Assembly (NCBI GenBank): GCA_035479435.1 | Contig: DATIIR010000116.1 | Coordinates: forward strand, 1-45,080 | DNA: 45,080 nt | Reading direction: 5' to 3' | DNA from: Chlamydiales bacterium | GTDB taxonomy: Bacteria; Chlamydiota; Chlamydiia; Chlamydiales; SM23-39 | Part shown: positions 34,261 through 44,258 of the stretch, one piece after another | How positions within the stretch are numbered: the stretch's first letter is position 1 | Layout of the letters: every line of letters begins with the position of its first letter | Program-made: the position numbers and the translations under genes | The notes under the pieces: generated by a model | What the model saw: only the letters and a program-made list of their open reading frames with translations | The model's database searches: none | What the model was told of the DNA's origin: nothing

Positions 34261-35475
34261 ATGAAAGCCCACTTTCGAGAAATCCCCTACGACCAATTCA
34301 CTCCCATTACAGTGTATTACGCCCTTGCTAAGAAGGGCGATTGTATCTTGGAATCATCCCCAAAAAAAGATCGCTACTCGTTCGTCGGCCTCGACCCCAT
34401 TGCAAAAGTGGAGGGGAAAGGGGACTACTGCAAAGCGGTTCGAGCGTTGCGGGTCCCTGTGATCGGTGACCACCCACTGGCTCTTTATACGGGGGGTGCG
34501 ATTGGCTACGTGACGTTTGACGGCGACTATTTCTTTCAGGTGTACCGCTCGGGCGTTGCTTTTGACCATCAGACGGGTCGCGCAGTTCTGTCCACCATCG
34601 GCGATGAGAGTGAGTTGGAGAGGCTCTTGGCTCTATTGCGCCAGCCGATTGTCTTGCCGCCATTCCATGTGAAAGTGGGTGAGGTTTCTGCGGATAAGTC
34701 CGATGAGGAGTTTGTAGCGATGGTCGAGAGGGCCAAAGATCATTTGCGGGCGGGCGATGTATACCAAATTGTTCTCTCGAGGACGTTTAGCGCAAAAGTC
34801 GACGCGACGCCTCTGCAATTGTATAGAGCTTTGAGGAAGACGAGCCCCGCGCCCTACCTCTTCTTCTTCGACTTCGGAGATCGGGCCATTGTCGGCGCTT
34901 CGCCGGAAAAGGTGATTTCGGTAGTGGGGAGAGTGGTCGAATCGATGCCGATCGCCGGTACGCGTCCGAAGGGACAGGAGGGCGATTTGATCGATGATCC
35001 AAAGGAGAATGCGGAACACGTGATGTTAGTTGACTTGGCGCGCAATGATGTGGGCGCCGTGTGTGTGCCGGGCAGTGTAAAAGTGGTCGATTTCAAAGTC
35101 ATTAGAGAATTTTCTCACGTGACCCACATCGTCTCGCGAGTGGTGGGGGAGCTCGATCGGAAATATGATGCGCTCGATGCGTTTAAAGCCTCGTTTCCGG
35201 CGGGGACTCTGAGCGGCGCTCCCAAAGTAAGGGCGATGCAGTTGATCCATGAGATAGAGGGATCCAAGCGGGGGCTGTACGGCGGCGCGATCGTTGTCGT
35301 GGATGCAAAGGGCGATTTGGCTAGCTGTATTGCCATTCGGACTGCGGAATTGAAAAATGGGGTGATGAGCGTACGGGCTGGGGCGGGTATTGTGCTCGAT
35401 TCCGATCCGATGAAAGAAGCGGCAGAGACGCGCTTTAAAGCCAATAGTGTACTGGAGGTGGCCAAATGCTCTTAA
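34261..35475 (+). CDS. trpE: Anthranilate synthase component I
   Basis: The ATG at 34261 has GGAG 6 nt upstream. ILES regulatory-site-like motif near the N-terminus, plus [14 protein letters not shown] and GLYGGAI. Compact at about 404 aa. Confidence 0.92.
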   Translation: MKAHFREIPYDQFTPITVYYALAKKGDCILESSPKKDRYSFVGLDPIAKVEGKGDYCKAVRALRVPVIGDHPLALYTGGAIGYVTFDGDYFFQVYRSGVAFDHQTGRAVLSTIGDESELERLLALLRQPIVLPPFHVKVGEVSADKSDEEFVAMVERAKDHLRAGDVYQIVLSRTFSAKVDATPLQLYRALRKTSPAPYLFFFDFGDRAIVGASPEKVISVVGRVVESMPIAGTRPKGQEGDLIDDPKENAEHVMLVDLARNDVGAVCVPGSVKVVDFKVIREFSHVTHIVSRVVGELDRKYDALDAFKASFPAGTLSGAPKVRAMQLIHEIEGSKRGLYGGAIVVVDAKGDLASCIAIRTAELKNGVMSVRAGAGIVLDSDPMKEAAETRFKANSVLEVAKCS

Positions 35476-36029
35476 TCATCGATAACTACGACAGTTTTAC
35501 TTACAACCTCTACCAGGCTTTTGCCGAGATCGATCCCGATGTGCAAGTGGTGAAGAACGACCAGATCACAGTTGAGGAGATTCGGAGACTGGGGCCGAGC
35601 GGGATTGTTCTATCGCCTGGTCCTGGGAGGCCGGAGGATGCGGGGATTTGCATCGATGTGATCCGGGAATTTGCCGGGAAAGTGCCGATATTGGGTGTGT
35701 GTCTCGGCCATCAGGCAATTGGTGTGGCTTTTGGGGCTGAAGTGAAGCAGGCAGGAGAGATTATGCACGGGAAGGATAGCCTTATTTTTCACTCGCGCAA
35801 GGGGCTATTTAAGGGGATGCCTCTGCCGTTCAAGGCGGGGCGGTACCATTCGCTGTTGGTGGAAAAATTGCCTGCCGAATTGATTGTCGATGCGGAGACG
35901 CCCGATGGAGTTGTTATGGCTATGCACCATGTAAAATATCCGGTCTACGGAGTGCAGTTCCACCCCGAATCCATTCTCACGCCCGAGGGGAAGATTCTGA
36001 TGAAGAACTTTTTGGAGATGTGTAAATGA
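35466..36029 (+). CDS. trpG: Anthranilate synthase component II (glutamine amidotransferase)
   Basis: Catalytic triad context GVCLGHQ and VQFHPES. 187 aa. Overlaps the trpE stop. Confidence 0.93.
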   Translation: MLLIIDNYDSFTYNLYQAFAEIDPDVQVVKNDQITVEEIRRLGPSGIVLSPGPGRPEDAGICIDVIREFAGKVPILGVCLGHQAIGVAFGAEVKQAGEIMHGKDSLIFHSRKGLFKGMPLPFKAGRYHSLLVEKLPAELIVDAETPDGVVMAMHHVKYPVYGVQFHPESILTPEGKILMKNFLEMCK

Positions 36030-37594
36030 AATGTAAAGCGGCTTTACATTCGTTAATCCAGGGAGAGTCTTTGAGCGCGGCGGAGTCGTGTGAGGCTGTT
36101 TCTGAGTATATCCACGACCCCGTTCAGATGGGGGCGTTTTTGGTGTTGTTAAAGGCCAAGGGGGAGACGGTGGAGGAAATCTTGGGACTGGTGAGGGCGA
36201 TGCGGGCGCAGATGAAGGCGCTCCACTTGGACCGCCCCGTATTGGATATTGTGGGAACGGGGGGAGATCAGGCGGGAACGGTGAATATTTCGACGGGATC
36301 GGCTTTGTTGGCGGCGCGATGCGGTATTCCGGTGGTGAAGCATGGCAACCGGGCGGTCTCTTCGCAGTGTGGTTCGGCCGATGTGTTGGAGGCGATGGGT
36401 TACGACATCCATGCAGATGCACAGGAGAGTTTGCGGAGGACGGGTTTTGCATTTTGTTTTGCTCCTGATTACCACCCGGCCATGAAACAGGTGAGACCGG
36501 TTCGCAATGCGCTGGGAATGGCGACCGCTTTTAATCTCATTGGACCGCTTCTCAACCCGGCCGGCACTGACTACATGCAAATCGGCGTCTACAAGCCTGA
36601 ATTGGTGCAAATTTTGGCAGAAGTGTTGTTTCAATTGGGGACAAAGCGCTCCCTCGTCTATTGCGGACAAGGAATGGATGAGTTGAGCTGTATCGGTCCG
36701 ACGGAGGCGATTCTGGTGACAGAGCAGGGATTGGAGCCGCTCTACATCGATCCTGAGCAATTGGGTCTGAAAAAATGTACACTGGAAGATTTGCAGGGAG
36801 GCGATGCGAAGAGGAATGCGGAGCTGTTGCGAAAGCCAACGACGGCCATTCGCGATACGCTGATTCTCAATGCAGGTGTTGCGCTTTTTCTCTATGGACC
36901 TGCGCGGAGTCTTGAAGAGGGCGTCCAGATTGCGAAGAGAAAGTGCCGACGGAGCCTTAAAGAGGCGATCCAGCAGAGACCGTGCGCGGTGATTGCAGAA
37001 GTTAAACGCGCTTCGCCGTCGAAGGGGAAGATCGGAGAGATTGCCGATGTGGGAGAGCGGGCCAAAATGTATGAGGCGGGCGGCGCGTGCGCGATCTCGG
37101 TGTTGACTTCGGAGCGATTTGAGGGGAATTTAGCCGATCTGAAGGGAGTTTCTGTTTCCATCCCTGTACTGAGAAAGGATTTTCTCACGACTAAAGAGCA
37201 GCTTGCCGAGACCGATGCCGATGTGGTGCTTCTCATCGTCGCCTATTTGGGCAAAAGGACGAAAGAGATGCTACAGGAGGCGAGGGCGTTGGGTTTCGAG
37301 GCGATTGTCGAAGTGCACAGTGAAGCAGAGCTGCAGATTGCGCTCCAGGCGGGCGCTGAGATCATCGGTGTCAACCAGAGAAATTTAAAGGATTTTTCCA
37401 TGCATCCGAGAATCCACGAAATCGTACGCCAAATCCCGAAGCATATCGTCAAAATCGCTGAGTCGGGTGTCGGCTCGATCTCCGATGCAGAGAGGCTCTT
37501 TGCCATGGGCTATGATGCGCTCTTGGTCGGAGAGGCATTGACCCGAAACCCCCAACTATGTGAGGCGTTATGCTCGTTAAAATTTGTGGGTTAA
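36026..37594 (+). CDS. trpD/trpC: Fusion protein: anthranilate phosphoribosyltransferase + indole-3-glycerol-phosphate synthase
   Basis: TrpD motifs DIVGTGGD and [19 protein letters not shown] in aa 1 to about 330. TrpC motif [13 protein letters not shown] and the barrel follow from about aa 335. Single frame. Confidence 0.9.
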   Translation: MKCKAALHSLIQGESLSAAESCEAVSEYIHDPVQMGAFLVLLKAKGETVEEILGLVRAMRAQMKALHLDRPVLDIVGTGGDQAGTVNISTGSALLAARCGIPVVKHGNRAVSSQCGSADVLEAMGYDIHADAQESLRRTGFAFCFAPDYHPAMKQVRPVRNALGMATAFNLIGPLLNPAGTDYMQIGVYKPELVQILAEVLFQLGTKRSLVYCGQGMDELSCIGPTEAILVTEQGLEPLYIDPEQLGLKKCTLEDLQGGDAKRNAELLRKPTTAIRDTLILNAGVALFLYGPARSLEEGVQIAKRKCRRSLKEAIQQRPCAVIAEVKRASPSKGKIGEIADVGERAKMYEAGGACAISVLTSERFEGNLADLKGVSVSIPVLRKDFLTTKEQLAETDADVVLLIVAYLGKRTKEMLQEARALGFEAIVEVHSEAELQIALQAGAEIIGVNQRNLKDFSMHPRIHEIVRQIPKHIVKIAESGVGSISDAERLFAMGYDALLVGEALTRNPQLCEALCSLKFVG

Positions 37595-39219
37595 TGGATC
37601 CTGAGACGGCTGGCTTTGCTGTTGCAAAAGGGGCCAACTTCATCGGCCTTCTCTTCTCTCGCGTATCTCTTCGTGCCATCAATTTAAAACGGGCACAAGA
37701 GATCGCCTTTGTGGTGCGCGCTGGAGGCGCAGAACCGGTGGCGGTATTCGCAGATGAGAGCTTGGAAGAGATGCGTGCGATCATCGAGGCGCTGCAATTG
37801 CAGTTCGTGCAGCTTCACGGCGATGTGCCGAGAAGTCATTGCGATGCGCTCACCGTACAGAAAATCTACGTCGCCGATGGAAAACCGCTTCCGAAATCGC
37901 TCGATCCGAAGAGAGATTTTCTCCTGTTTGAAAAACAGTTCCAAGATCCGCAAGGGTTTCGTTTTTTTGTCGCGGGAGATCTCAATGCGGACAATGTGCA
38001 AGAGGCAATTCGCCAACACAAACCCCATGGTGTCGATGTCTCTCGAGGCGCTAGAGATTGTACTGCGATTGGGAGATTCATCGAGATGGCTCGGCCGGGG
38101 AGATTTGGCGCTTTTGGTGGCACCTATGTTCCAGAATTGTTGATGCAGCCGCTGAAAGAACTGGAACACGCGTTTAGGACGATTCCGATTGAAGAGGAAC
38201 TCATCGAGCTCTTGCGCCACTATGCGGGCCGTCCTACGGCAATGACCGAGGTGTTCAACTTTGCCAGGGCGATCAACGGTCCGCGCATTTTTCTCAAGCG
38301 GGAGGATCTTCTCCATACAGGCGCTCACAAGATCAACAATGCAATTGGGCAGTGCCTCTTGGCCAAAAAGATGGGCAAAACGAGGATCATCGCCGAGACG
38401 GGTGCAGGTCAACACGGTGTTGCGACGGCGACGGCCTCTGCACTGCTCGGATTGGAATGCGTCATTTACATGGGGCAGACCGATATTGTGAGGCAGGCGC
38501 CCAATGTCCACAAGATGGAGCTTTTGGGCGCCAAGGTCATTGCCGTTACGCACGGTTCAGCGACTCTGAAAGATGCGGTCAATGAGGCGCTTAGAGATTG
38601 GGCGGCGAGTTATGAGACGACCCACTACTGCCTCGGCTCGGCTTTGGGACCTCACCCCTTTCCTTCCCTGGTTGCCCAGTTTCAGAAAGTGATCGGCGAA
38701 GAGTCTAAAAGACAAATGAGAGAGCGGATTGGGCGCGATCCCGATCTGTGCATCGCCTGTGTTGGCGGTGGATCGAATGCGATTGGTCTTTTTTCGGCCT
38801 ATTTGGATGAAGCGGTAGAGCTCATCGGTGTTGAGGCTGAGGGGGCGGCCCGCTTTCAAAATGGGAGTCCTGGCGTACTGCACGGGACCTATTCATTCCT
38901 GCTGCAAGATGCTCACGGGCAGGTGCAAGAGACCCACTCCATTTCGGCGGGACTCGACTATCCGGGTGTGGGACCCAAGCACGCCGAACTACACAGGGCC
39001 GGGCGAGTGGCTTATGAGGTGTGCAATGACGCAGAGGCGCTGGCTGGTTTTCGGCTGCTCGCTCGCACGGAGGGGATTATCCCTGCGCTTGAGTCGGCGC
39101 ACGCGTTGGGCTTTTTGATGCGCATTGCGCATACGTTGCCAAAAGAGATGGTTGTTTTAGTGAACCTATCAGGAAGAGGAGACAAAGATGTCGCGCATAT
39201 CCAAAGCCTTTGCAAATAG
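37570..39219 (+). CDS. trpF/trpB: Fusion protein: phosphoribosylanthranilate isomerase + tryptophan synthase beta chain
   Basis: TrpF N-terminus MLVKICG ... GVDVS. TrpB follows from about aa 175 ([16 protein letters not shown]-lysine [17 protein letters not shown]). Confidence 0.9.
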   Translation: MLVKICGLMDPETAGFAVAKGANFIGLLFSRVSLRAINLKRAQEIAFVVRAGGAEPVAVFADESLEEMRAIIEALQLQFVQLHGDVPRSHCDALTVQKIYVADGKPLPKSLDPKRDFLLFEKQFQDPQGFRFFVAGDLNADNVQEAIRQHKPHGVDVSRGARDCTAIGRFIEMARPGRFGAFGGTYVPELLMQPLKELEHAFRTIPIEEELIELLRHYAGRPTAMTEVFNFARAINGPRIFLKREDLLHTGAHKINNAIGQCLLAKKMGKTRIIAETGAGQHGVATATASALLGLECVIYMGQTDIVRQAPNVHKMELLGAKVIAVTHGSATLKDAVNEALRDWAASYETTHYCLGSALGPHPFPSLVAQFQKVIGEESKRQMRERIGRDPDLCIACVGGGSNAIGLFSAYLDEAVELIGVEAEGAARFQNGSPGVLHGTYSFLLQDAHGQVQETHSISAGLDYPGVGPKHAELHRAGRVAYEVCNDAEALAGFRLLARTEGIIPALESAHALGFLMRIAHTLPKEMVVLVNLSGRGDKDVAHIQSLCK

Positions 39220-39892
39220 AGATGCTTTTGTGGGCTATTTGACCGCAGGAGACGCCGCGAAAGAGCAGTTTCTTAAGCTCGTCGCACTTGGTGCCAATGT
39301 ATTGGAGATCGGTATCCCGTTTTCTGATCCCGTTGCGGACGGCCCCGTCATCCAAAAGGCAATGGAGAGGGCGCTCAAGGCAGGAACGACGCCCGAAAAG
39401 GCTCTCCATTTGGTCTCAGAATTGCGAAAAGAGACTGAGGTGGCTCTTCTTCTATTTACTTACTTCAATCCAATTCAAAGGGATTTGAAGGGGTTTTTGA
39501 CGCAAGCGAAAAGGGCAGGCGCTGATGGCATCTTGGTCGTCGATTTGCCACTTGAAGAAGCAGATGCGTATCGCGTTTTTTGCAAAGAGCTGGCACTCGC
39601 GCCGATTTTTGTGATCGCCCCTTCGACGCCGCCCGAGCGGATCGCGCAAATAGCGCAGGCTGCGGAGGGATTTCTCTATTACGCGTGCCGTAAAGGGACT
39701 ACGGGAATACGATCTGGCATCCCCGTCGATTTGCCCGAGAAAATCGCCCAGATACGGGAGCGAAGTTCTCTGCCGATTGCCGTTGGATTCGGCATTGAGA
39801 GCCGAGAGACAGCCCATGAAATATTAAAAATCGCCGACGGCTTTGTCGTTGGCTCTTACTTTGTCCAAAATAAAGAGGCCCTATGCTTTTAG
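39188..39892 (+). CDS. trpA: Tryptophan synthase alpha chain
   Basis: [17 protein letters not shown] motif. 234 aa. Overlaps the trpF/B stop by 32 nt. Confidence 0.9.
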   Translation: MSRISKAFANRDAFVGYLTAGDAAKEQFLKLVALGANVLEIGIPFSDPVADGPVIQKAMERALKAGTTPEKALHLVSELRKETEVALLLFTYFNPIQRDLKGFLTQAKRAGADGILVVDLPLEEADAYRVFCKELALAPIFVIAPSTPPERIAQIAQAAEGFLYYACRKGTTGIRSGIPVDLPEKIAQIRERSSLPIAVGFGIESRETAHEILKIADGFVVGSYFVQNKEALCF

Positions 39893-40875
39893 AACTGAAA
39901 CCCCATTCCGATGCATTTGCCCTGATCCGCCGTCTTGAGAAGATGGGGTTTCAGGTCGTAAGAGAGAGTCCGCAGCGCCTGAGCATTGTGAGAGGTGTCG
40001 ATAAACTCGTGAGATCCGATCTCTTTACGTCGCTGCCAGAGGTTGCTGCCGTACTGCCGCTCAAGGAAAAATGCAAACTTGTGAGTAGAGCTACAAGAGA
40101 AAAAACGGTGATTGAGATCAAGGGGAAAACCATTGGGGGCGATGAGCTCTTTGTCATTGCGGGGCCCTGTTCAATCGAATCGAGGGAGCAGATGGAGCTC
40201 TGTGCGCAAATGGCAGATGAGAATGGGGCACAATCGCTTCGGGGTGGCGCCTTTAAACCCCGTACTTCGCCCTATGAGTTTCAAGGTTTAGGCGAAGAGG
40301 GATTGAAAATTTTGCGCGATGTGGGCGCTCAATATAATCTCGTGACGATTTCTGAAGTGATGGATGCGAGTCAGATCGATCTTGTGGCTAGCTATGTCGA
40401 TATTTTGCAAATTGGCGCTCGCAACATGCACAACTTTTCGCTTCTCAAAGAACTCGGCCGCGTAAAAAATCCGATTTTGCTCAAACGGGGTTTTGCGGCG
40501 ACATACCAAGATTTTCTCTTGGCGGCGGAATATATTATGAGTGCGGGCAACCTGAACGTAATTCTCTGCGAAAGAGGGATCCGCACATTTGAGACACACA
40601 CGAGAAACACGCTCGACCTCAACGCGGTTCCCGCTCTCAAAGAATTGACCCACTTGCCGATCCTCGTCGACCCGAGTCATGGGACGGGGCACCGCTCCAT
40701 GGTGGCGCCGATGGCCCGTGCAGCCGTTGCCGCGGGAGCCGATGGGCTCATCGTCGAGATGCACCCCGATCCCGACAAGGCTCTGACCGATGCAGCTCAG
40801 ACAATTGGGCCCCAAGCATTTGCCAGAATGATGGAAGAGATTAGAATGGTGCGCCTATGCTTATCGCCTCCGTAA
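39883..40875 (+). CDS. aroG: 3-deoxy-7-phosphoheptulonate (DAHP) synthase, type I-beta with an N-terminal ferredoxin-like regulatory domain
   Basis: Core motifs IAGPCSIES, LRGGAFKPRTSPY and DPSHGTG. An extra domain of about 85 aa precedes the barrel. Confidence 0.88.
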   Translation: MLLELKPHSDAFALIRRLEKMGFQVVRESPQRLSIVRGVDKLVRSDLFTSLPEVAAVLPLKEKCKLVSRATREKTVIEIKGKTIGGDELFVIAGPCSIESREQMELCAQMADENGAQSLRGGAFKPRTSPYEFQGLGEEGLKILRDVGAQYNLVTISEVMDASQIDLVASYVDILQIGARNMHNFSLLKELGRVKNPILLKRGFAATYQDFLLAAEYIMSAGNLNVILCERGIRTFETHTRNTLDLNAVPALKELTHLPILVDPSHGTGHRSMVAPMARAAVAAGADGLIVEMHPDPDKALTDAAQTIGPQAFARMMEEIRMVRLCLSPP

Positions 40876-42209
40876 CGCATCTCGAAGATCTGGACAAAGT
40901 GGGCTCTCTCGCCGATGGGATTGAGCTGCGCCTCGATTCTTTCGACGACCTGACGCAAGTCAAGAAACCCCCTAGACCCACCATTTTTACATTTCGGAAA
41001 AAAGAGCAGGGTGGGGTGAGGGATATTGCCGAGGCGGAGAGATTGGCGCAGATTGAGAAGCTGCTCGAGTTGGGGCCCGAGTATTGCGATATCGAGGCCG
41101 ACACCGATCCGATGTTCATTGCGCGGATCGCTAAAAAGTATCCAGCAGTGAAGCTGATCGGCTCCTATCACAACTTCCAAGAGACGCCGCGCGATCTCCC
41201 CGCGCTCTTACAAAGCATGTACAACCCCCATTTCTCCGTTTACAAGATCGCTGTGACTGCGCAATCGACACCCGACATGTTGCGCCTGATGATTTTCGCC
41301 AAAGGCGCCCAGGTGCCCCTTTCCGCCATATCGATGGGGGAGTATGGGAAACCCTCCCGTGTTCTGGGGCCCATCGTGGGCAACGTCTTCGATTACGCCG
41401 GTTTGAAAGAGGATGAAGAGCTCCATCGCTACAGCCTAGAGACGCTGCATGAGTTGTTCCACTACCGACGGCTCAATCCTCAGACGACGATCTACGGGCT
41501 CATTGGAAATCCCGTTGCGCAAAGTCTTAGCGATCGCTTTCACAATCCCCGCTTCAAACACAATGCCGTCTACGTTAAAATGCGCCTTGCGCCTGGGGAG
41601 ATACCTGAGTTTTTCTCACTGCTCAGACAGCTCCCGTTTGGGGGATTGAGTGTGACGATGCCGCTGAAAGAGGTTGTCCTTAGCCAGATGGATGAGATCG
41701 AACAGGTTGCCCGCTCCATTGGGGCGGTGAATACGGTGATTGTGCGGGACGGCAAGTGCATCGGCGCGAATACCGATGGTGCTGGGGCGCTGAATGCGCT
41801 GGAGAAGAGGGCGACTGTGAGGGGCAAGCGGATCGCGCTTCTAGGGGCGGGCGGCTCCGCACGAGCGATCGCCTACATGGCGATGCAGCGAGGCGCGAAG
41901 GTCTCTATCTACAATCGGACTTTAGAGCGGGCCCAGAGGCTGGCGGCTGAGTTTCATTGCACGGGTCACAAACTCGATGCATTGGGGGACTACGACATCT
42001 TGATCAACACGATCCCCACTGCGGCTGGCCATTTGCCGAAGGTGGCGCCCCGGGCGGTTGTGATGGATATCGTCACCCGGCCGAGGGAGACGCCACTTTT
42101 AGCCGTTGCCAAAGCGATGGGCAGTCCGTGCGTCTACGGCGAAGAGATGTTTATTGAGCAAGGGCTCCTGCAACAAGCGGAGTGGTTCCACTCTATTAGG
42201 GCTTTGTGA
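40857..42209 (+). CDS. aroD/aroE: Bifunctional 3-dehydroquinate dehydratase (type I) / shikimate 5-dehydrogenase
   Basis: AroD part has SYHNFQETP and YKIAV (Schiff-base Lys context). AroE part has YGLIGNPVAQSLSDRFHN, GANTDGAG and LLGAGGSARA. Confidence 0.88.
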   Translation: MLIASVTHLEDLDKVGSLADGIELRLDSFDDLTQVKKPPRPTIFTFRKKEQGGVRDIAEAERLAQIEKLLELGPEYCDIEADTDPMFIARIAKKYPAVKLIGSYHNFQETPRDLPALLQSMYNPHFSVYKIAVTAQSTPDMLRLMIFAKGAQVPLSAISMGEYGKPSRVLGPIVGNVFDYAGLKEDEELHRYSLETLHELFHYRRLNPQTTIYGLIGNPVAQSLSDRFHNPRFKHNAVYVKMRLAPGEIPEFFSLLRQLPFGGLSVTMPLKEVVLSQMDEIEQVARSIGAVNTVIVRDGKCIGANTDGAGALNALEKRATVRGKRIALLGAGGSARAIAYMAMQRGAKVSIYNRTLERAQRLAAEFHCTGHKLDALGDYDILINTIPTAAGHLPKVAPRAVVMDIVTRPRETPLLAVAKAMGSPCVYGEEMFIEQGLLQQAEWFHSIRAL

Positions 42210-43308
42210 GGGCTTTCAAAAAAGCGTCGTTGACGTAGTAGATATCCCTGCCAATTTTAAGGCCACGGAGAACGCCGATCTGTTCTAGCTCTTTGAGATA
42301 GCCCGAAGCTGTTTGCCTTTTTGCAATCCCACTTTCCTCCAAGAACTTGATCTTGGAATAGGGGGATCGAAATATGACTTCAATCAAGTCTTTGGAGTAA
42401 ATACGCGGCAACTGGGAACGAACTTTTTCTGCTGTTTCTTGTATAAGACGGTGAATGGCCAAAATTCGTTCGCGTGTTGCAATTGCTGTTTGTTCAAGTC
42501 CCTGCAATATGTAGAGAATCCAGGGTTCCCATGCATCTGCTTCCGTGACTTGTTGTAATCCGTTATAATAGGCCGTTTTGTTCGAAATGATGTATCGAGA
42601 TAAGTAGAGCAGGGGGATGTCGAGGAGTTGCTTTTCAACCAAAAAGAGAATGTTGAGGATTCTTCCAGTACGCCCATTCCCGTCCGAAAAGGGGTGAATA
42701 GCCTCAAACTGATAATGCATAATGGCCATTTTAATCAGTGGATCCATGAAGTCATCAGCATGAATAAATTTTTCGAGATTGGATAGTTTTTTTCGAATGA
42801 TCTCTTCCCCTTCTGGAGGAGTATATTTTATTTCCCCCATCGGATTGACCAACTTGGTCCCTGGAAGATTACGGATACCTTGCGTCGAATTCCTGAGGAT
42901 TTGAGCCAATTCTACAAATAGAGGAGTTGTCAAAAGTCGCTTCTTTTGAGTCAGGGCATGGTATCCATGCCAGAGAGCATCCTTGTAAAAAAGCACCTCC
43001 TTCGTCTGAGGTTCAATATCGATGTTTCCATTAGCAAATGCCCGATATAATTCATCATTTGTTGTTACGATATTTTCAATTTCTGAGGATGATTTTGCTT
43101 CGGATAGGCCCAAAGTCTGAATTAACACAGCTTGATTTGGGATTAGCTGTCCCGAAATTCTTAGCTCTGCAATCGCCTTATTTGCCCGAATGGTCATTTT
43201 TAAAATCGCGACCGTCTCTGTTTCAGCCTTAGGTGGTAGGTCTGGTAAGTCGTTGTAGGGAATTTCACGATGGAAAGTCAATGCAATCTCCAAGAGGTTA
43301 TAGCCCAT
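42196..43308 (-). CDS. fic: Fic-family protein (class II, N-terminal inhibitory motif, C-terminal winged-helix-like tail)
   Basis: Canonical Fic motif HPFSDGNGRTGR. Upstream inhibitory motif S-x-x-x-E-N in SSEIEN. The ATG at 43308 is preferred over the TTG at 43320. More AT-rich than its flanks. 14-nt convergent overlap with aroD/E. Confidence 0.9.
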   Translation of the reverse strand: MGYNLLEIALTFHREIPYNDLPDLPPKAETETVAILKMTIRANKAIAELRISGQLIPNQAVLIQTLGLSEAKSSSEIENIVTTNDELYRAFANGNIDIEPQTKEVLFYKDALWHGYHALTQKKRLLTTPLFVELAQILRNSTQGIRNLPGTKLVNPMGEIKYTPPEGEEIIRKKLSNLEKFIHADDFMDPLIKMAIMHYQFEAIHPFSDGNGRTGRILNILFLVEKQLLDIPLLYLSRYIISNKTAYYNGLQQVTEADAWEPWILYILQGLEQTAIATRERILAIHRLIQETAEKVRSQLPRIYSKDLIEVIFRSPYSKIKFLEESGIAKRQTASGYLKELEQIGVLRGLKIGRDIYYVNDAFLKALTKP

Positions 43309-43368
43309 ATGTCGATCCAATCGACATATCCTGGAATTATGTCGAAATTTGGCCTAAATTTCGACATA
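43307..43368. promoter_or_regulatory. Two perfect palindromes sharing the half-site TATGTCGA (candidate operator pair at the fic start)
   Basis: ATATGTCGAT-CCA-ATCGACATAT spans 43307-43329 and covers the fic ATG. TATGTCGAAATTT-GGCCT-AAATTTCGACATA spans 43338-43368. Confidence 0.5.
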
Positions 43369-43451
43369 TCTTTATTTTTAATTTTTAACAAGCTGATTAT
43401 CAATTACTTGCAAAATCAATGGAGAGCCGCGGGGAGCGGCTCTGGTTTGCT

Positions 43452-43817
43452 CTAGGCGAGGGGACGGATGGCTCTTGGGTGGATGGATGGATACTCAAGA
43501 CGGGGAACCGTTAAATCATAAAGAATGCACGATAGGTTCACGAACGGGATGACTTCCACAACGGCCCTGCCAAAGTTCGCAACACCGTGCAACACGTAAG
43601 AAAGCGCCCTTGCAGCCTTTTCTCCATGGCCTGCAGAGAAGCAAGAAGCGATAAAATGAAACGCCGTCAATGCAAGCGCTACAATCACTTCTACTTTCGC
43701 ATAAACGGCTCTGACAGTGCCCGAGAGCATGGAAGCAATCGGAATGTAACCGATCGTGTTCAACGTTTTTTCGAACGGAGTTAAGGCTTGGTCAAGTTGG
43801 TCAAAATCGATACTCAT
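43452..43817 (-). CDS. Small hypothetical membrane protein
   Basis: 121 aa with hydrophobic segments IGYIPIASMLSGTV and VEVIVALALTAFHFIASCF. No motif recognised. Confidence 0.5.
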   Translation of the reverse strand: MSIDFDQLDQALTPFEKTLNTIGYIPIASMLSGTVRAVYAKVEVIVALALTAFHFIASCFSAGHGEKAARALSYVLHGVANFGRAVVEVIPFVNLSCILYDLTVPRLEYPSIHPRAIRPLA

Positions 43818-43886
43818 AGATTGTTCTCCTGTTTTTTAAAGAACTTGCCAAGTCTGCCGATTCCAAGAAAAAAAATAAATACTTTT

Positions 43887-44258
43887 CTAGTATAATTCGA
43901 TTTTTTGGATCTGTTCGTCGGCGTCGAAGGTGATTTTGACGGAGTAGAATTTCTGTTGATCGAGGGCGTGTTCAATGGGTGTGGCTGCAAATTCCCAGAG
44001 AAAGATAGTGCTGAGATCAAGTAGGCCGTGCATGACGGCGCGGGCAATGGACCCTCGCTCTTTCTGGATCTGGTAGATTTCGACGAGGTCGCCTGCTTCA
44101 TTATTCTCACTGGTGACGGCTCGGGCGCCGAGGGCGATGAGCTCTGTGCGGGTGAGGGCGCTTTGTAGCGATTCAATGGCGGTTCCGTCCCTGTGCGATG
44201 CCATGACGACAGAACAGGAAGAGAGAAGGTTTAACAAGAGAACGGATAGTTTTTTCAT
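43887..44258 (-). CDS. Putative lipoprotein, function unknown
   Basis: Signal peptide with a lipobox-like LLSSC (MKKLSVLLLNLLSSC). The start overlaps the upstream dehydrogenase stop by 4 nt. Confidence 0.55.
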   Translation of the reverse strand: MKKLSVLLLNLLSSCSVVMASHRDGTAIESLQSALTRTELIALGARAVTSENNEAGDLVEIYQIQKERGSIARAVMHGLLDLSTIFLWEFAATPIEHALDQQKFYSVKITFDADEQIQKIELY

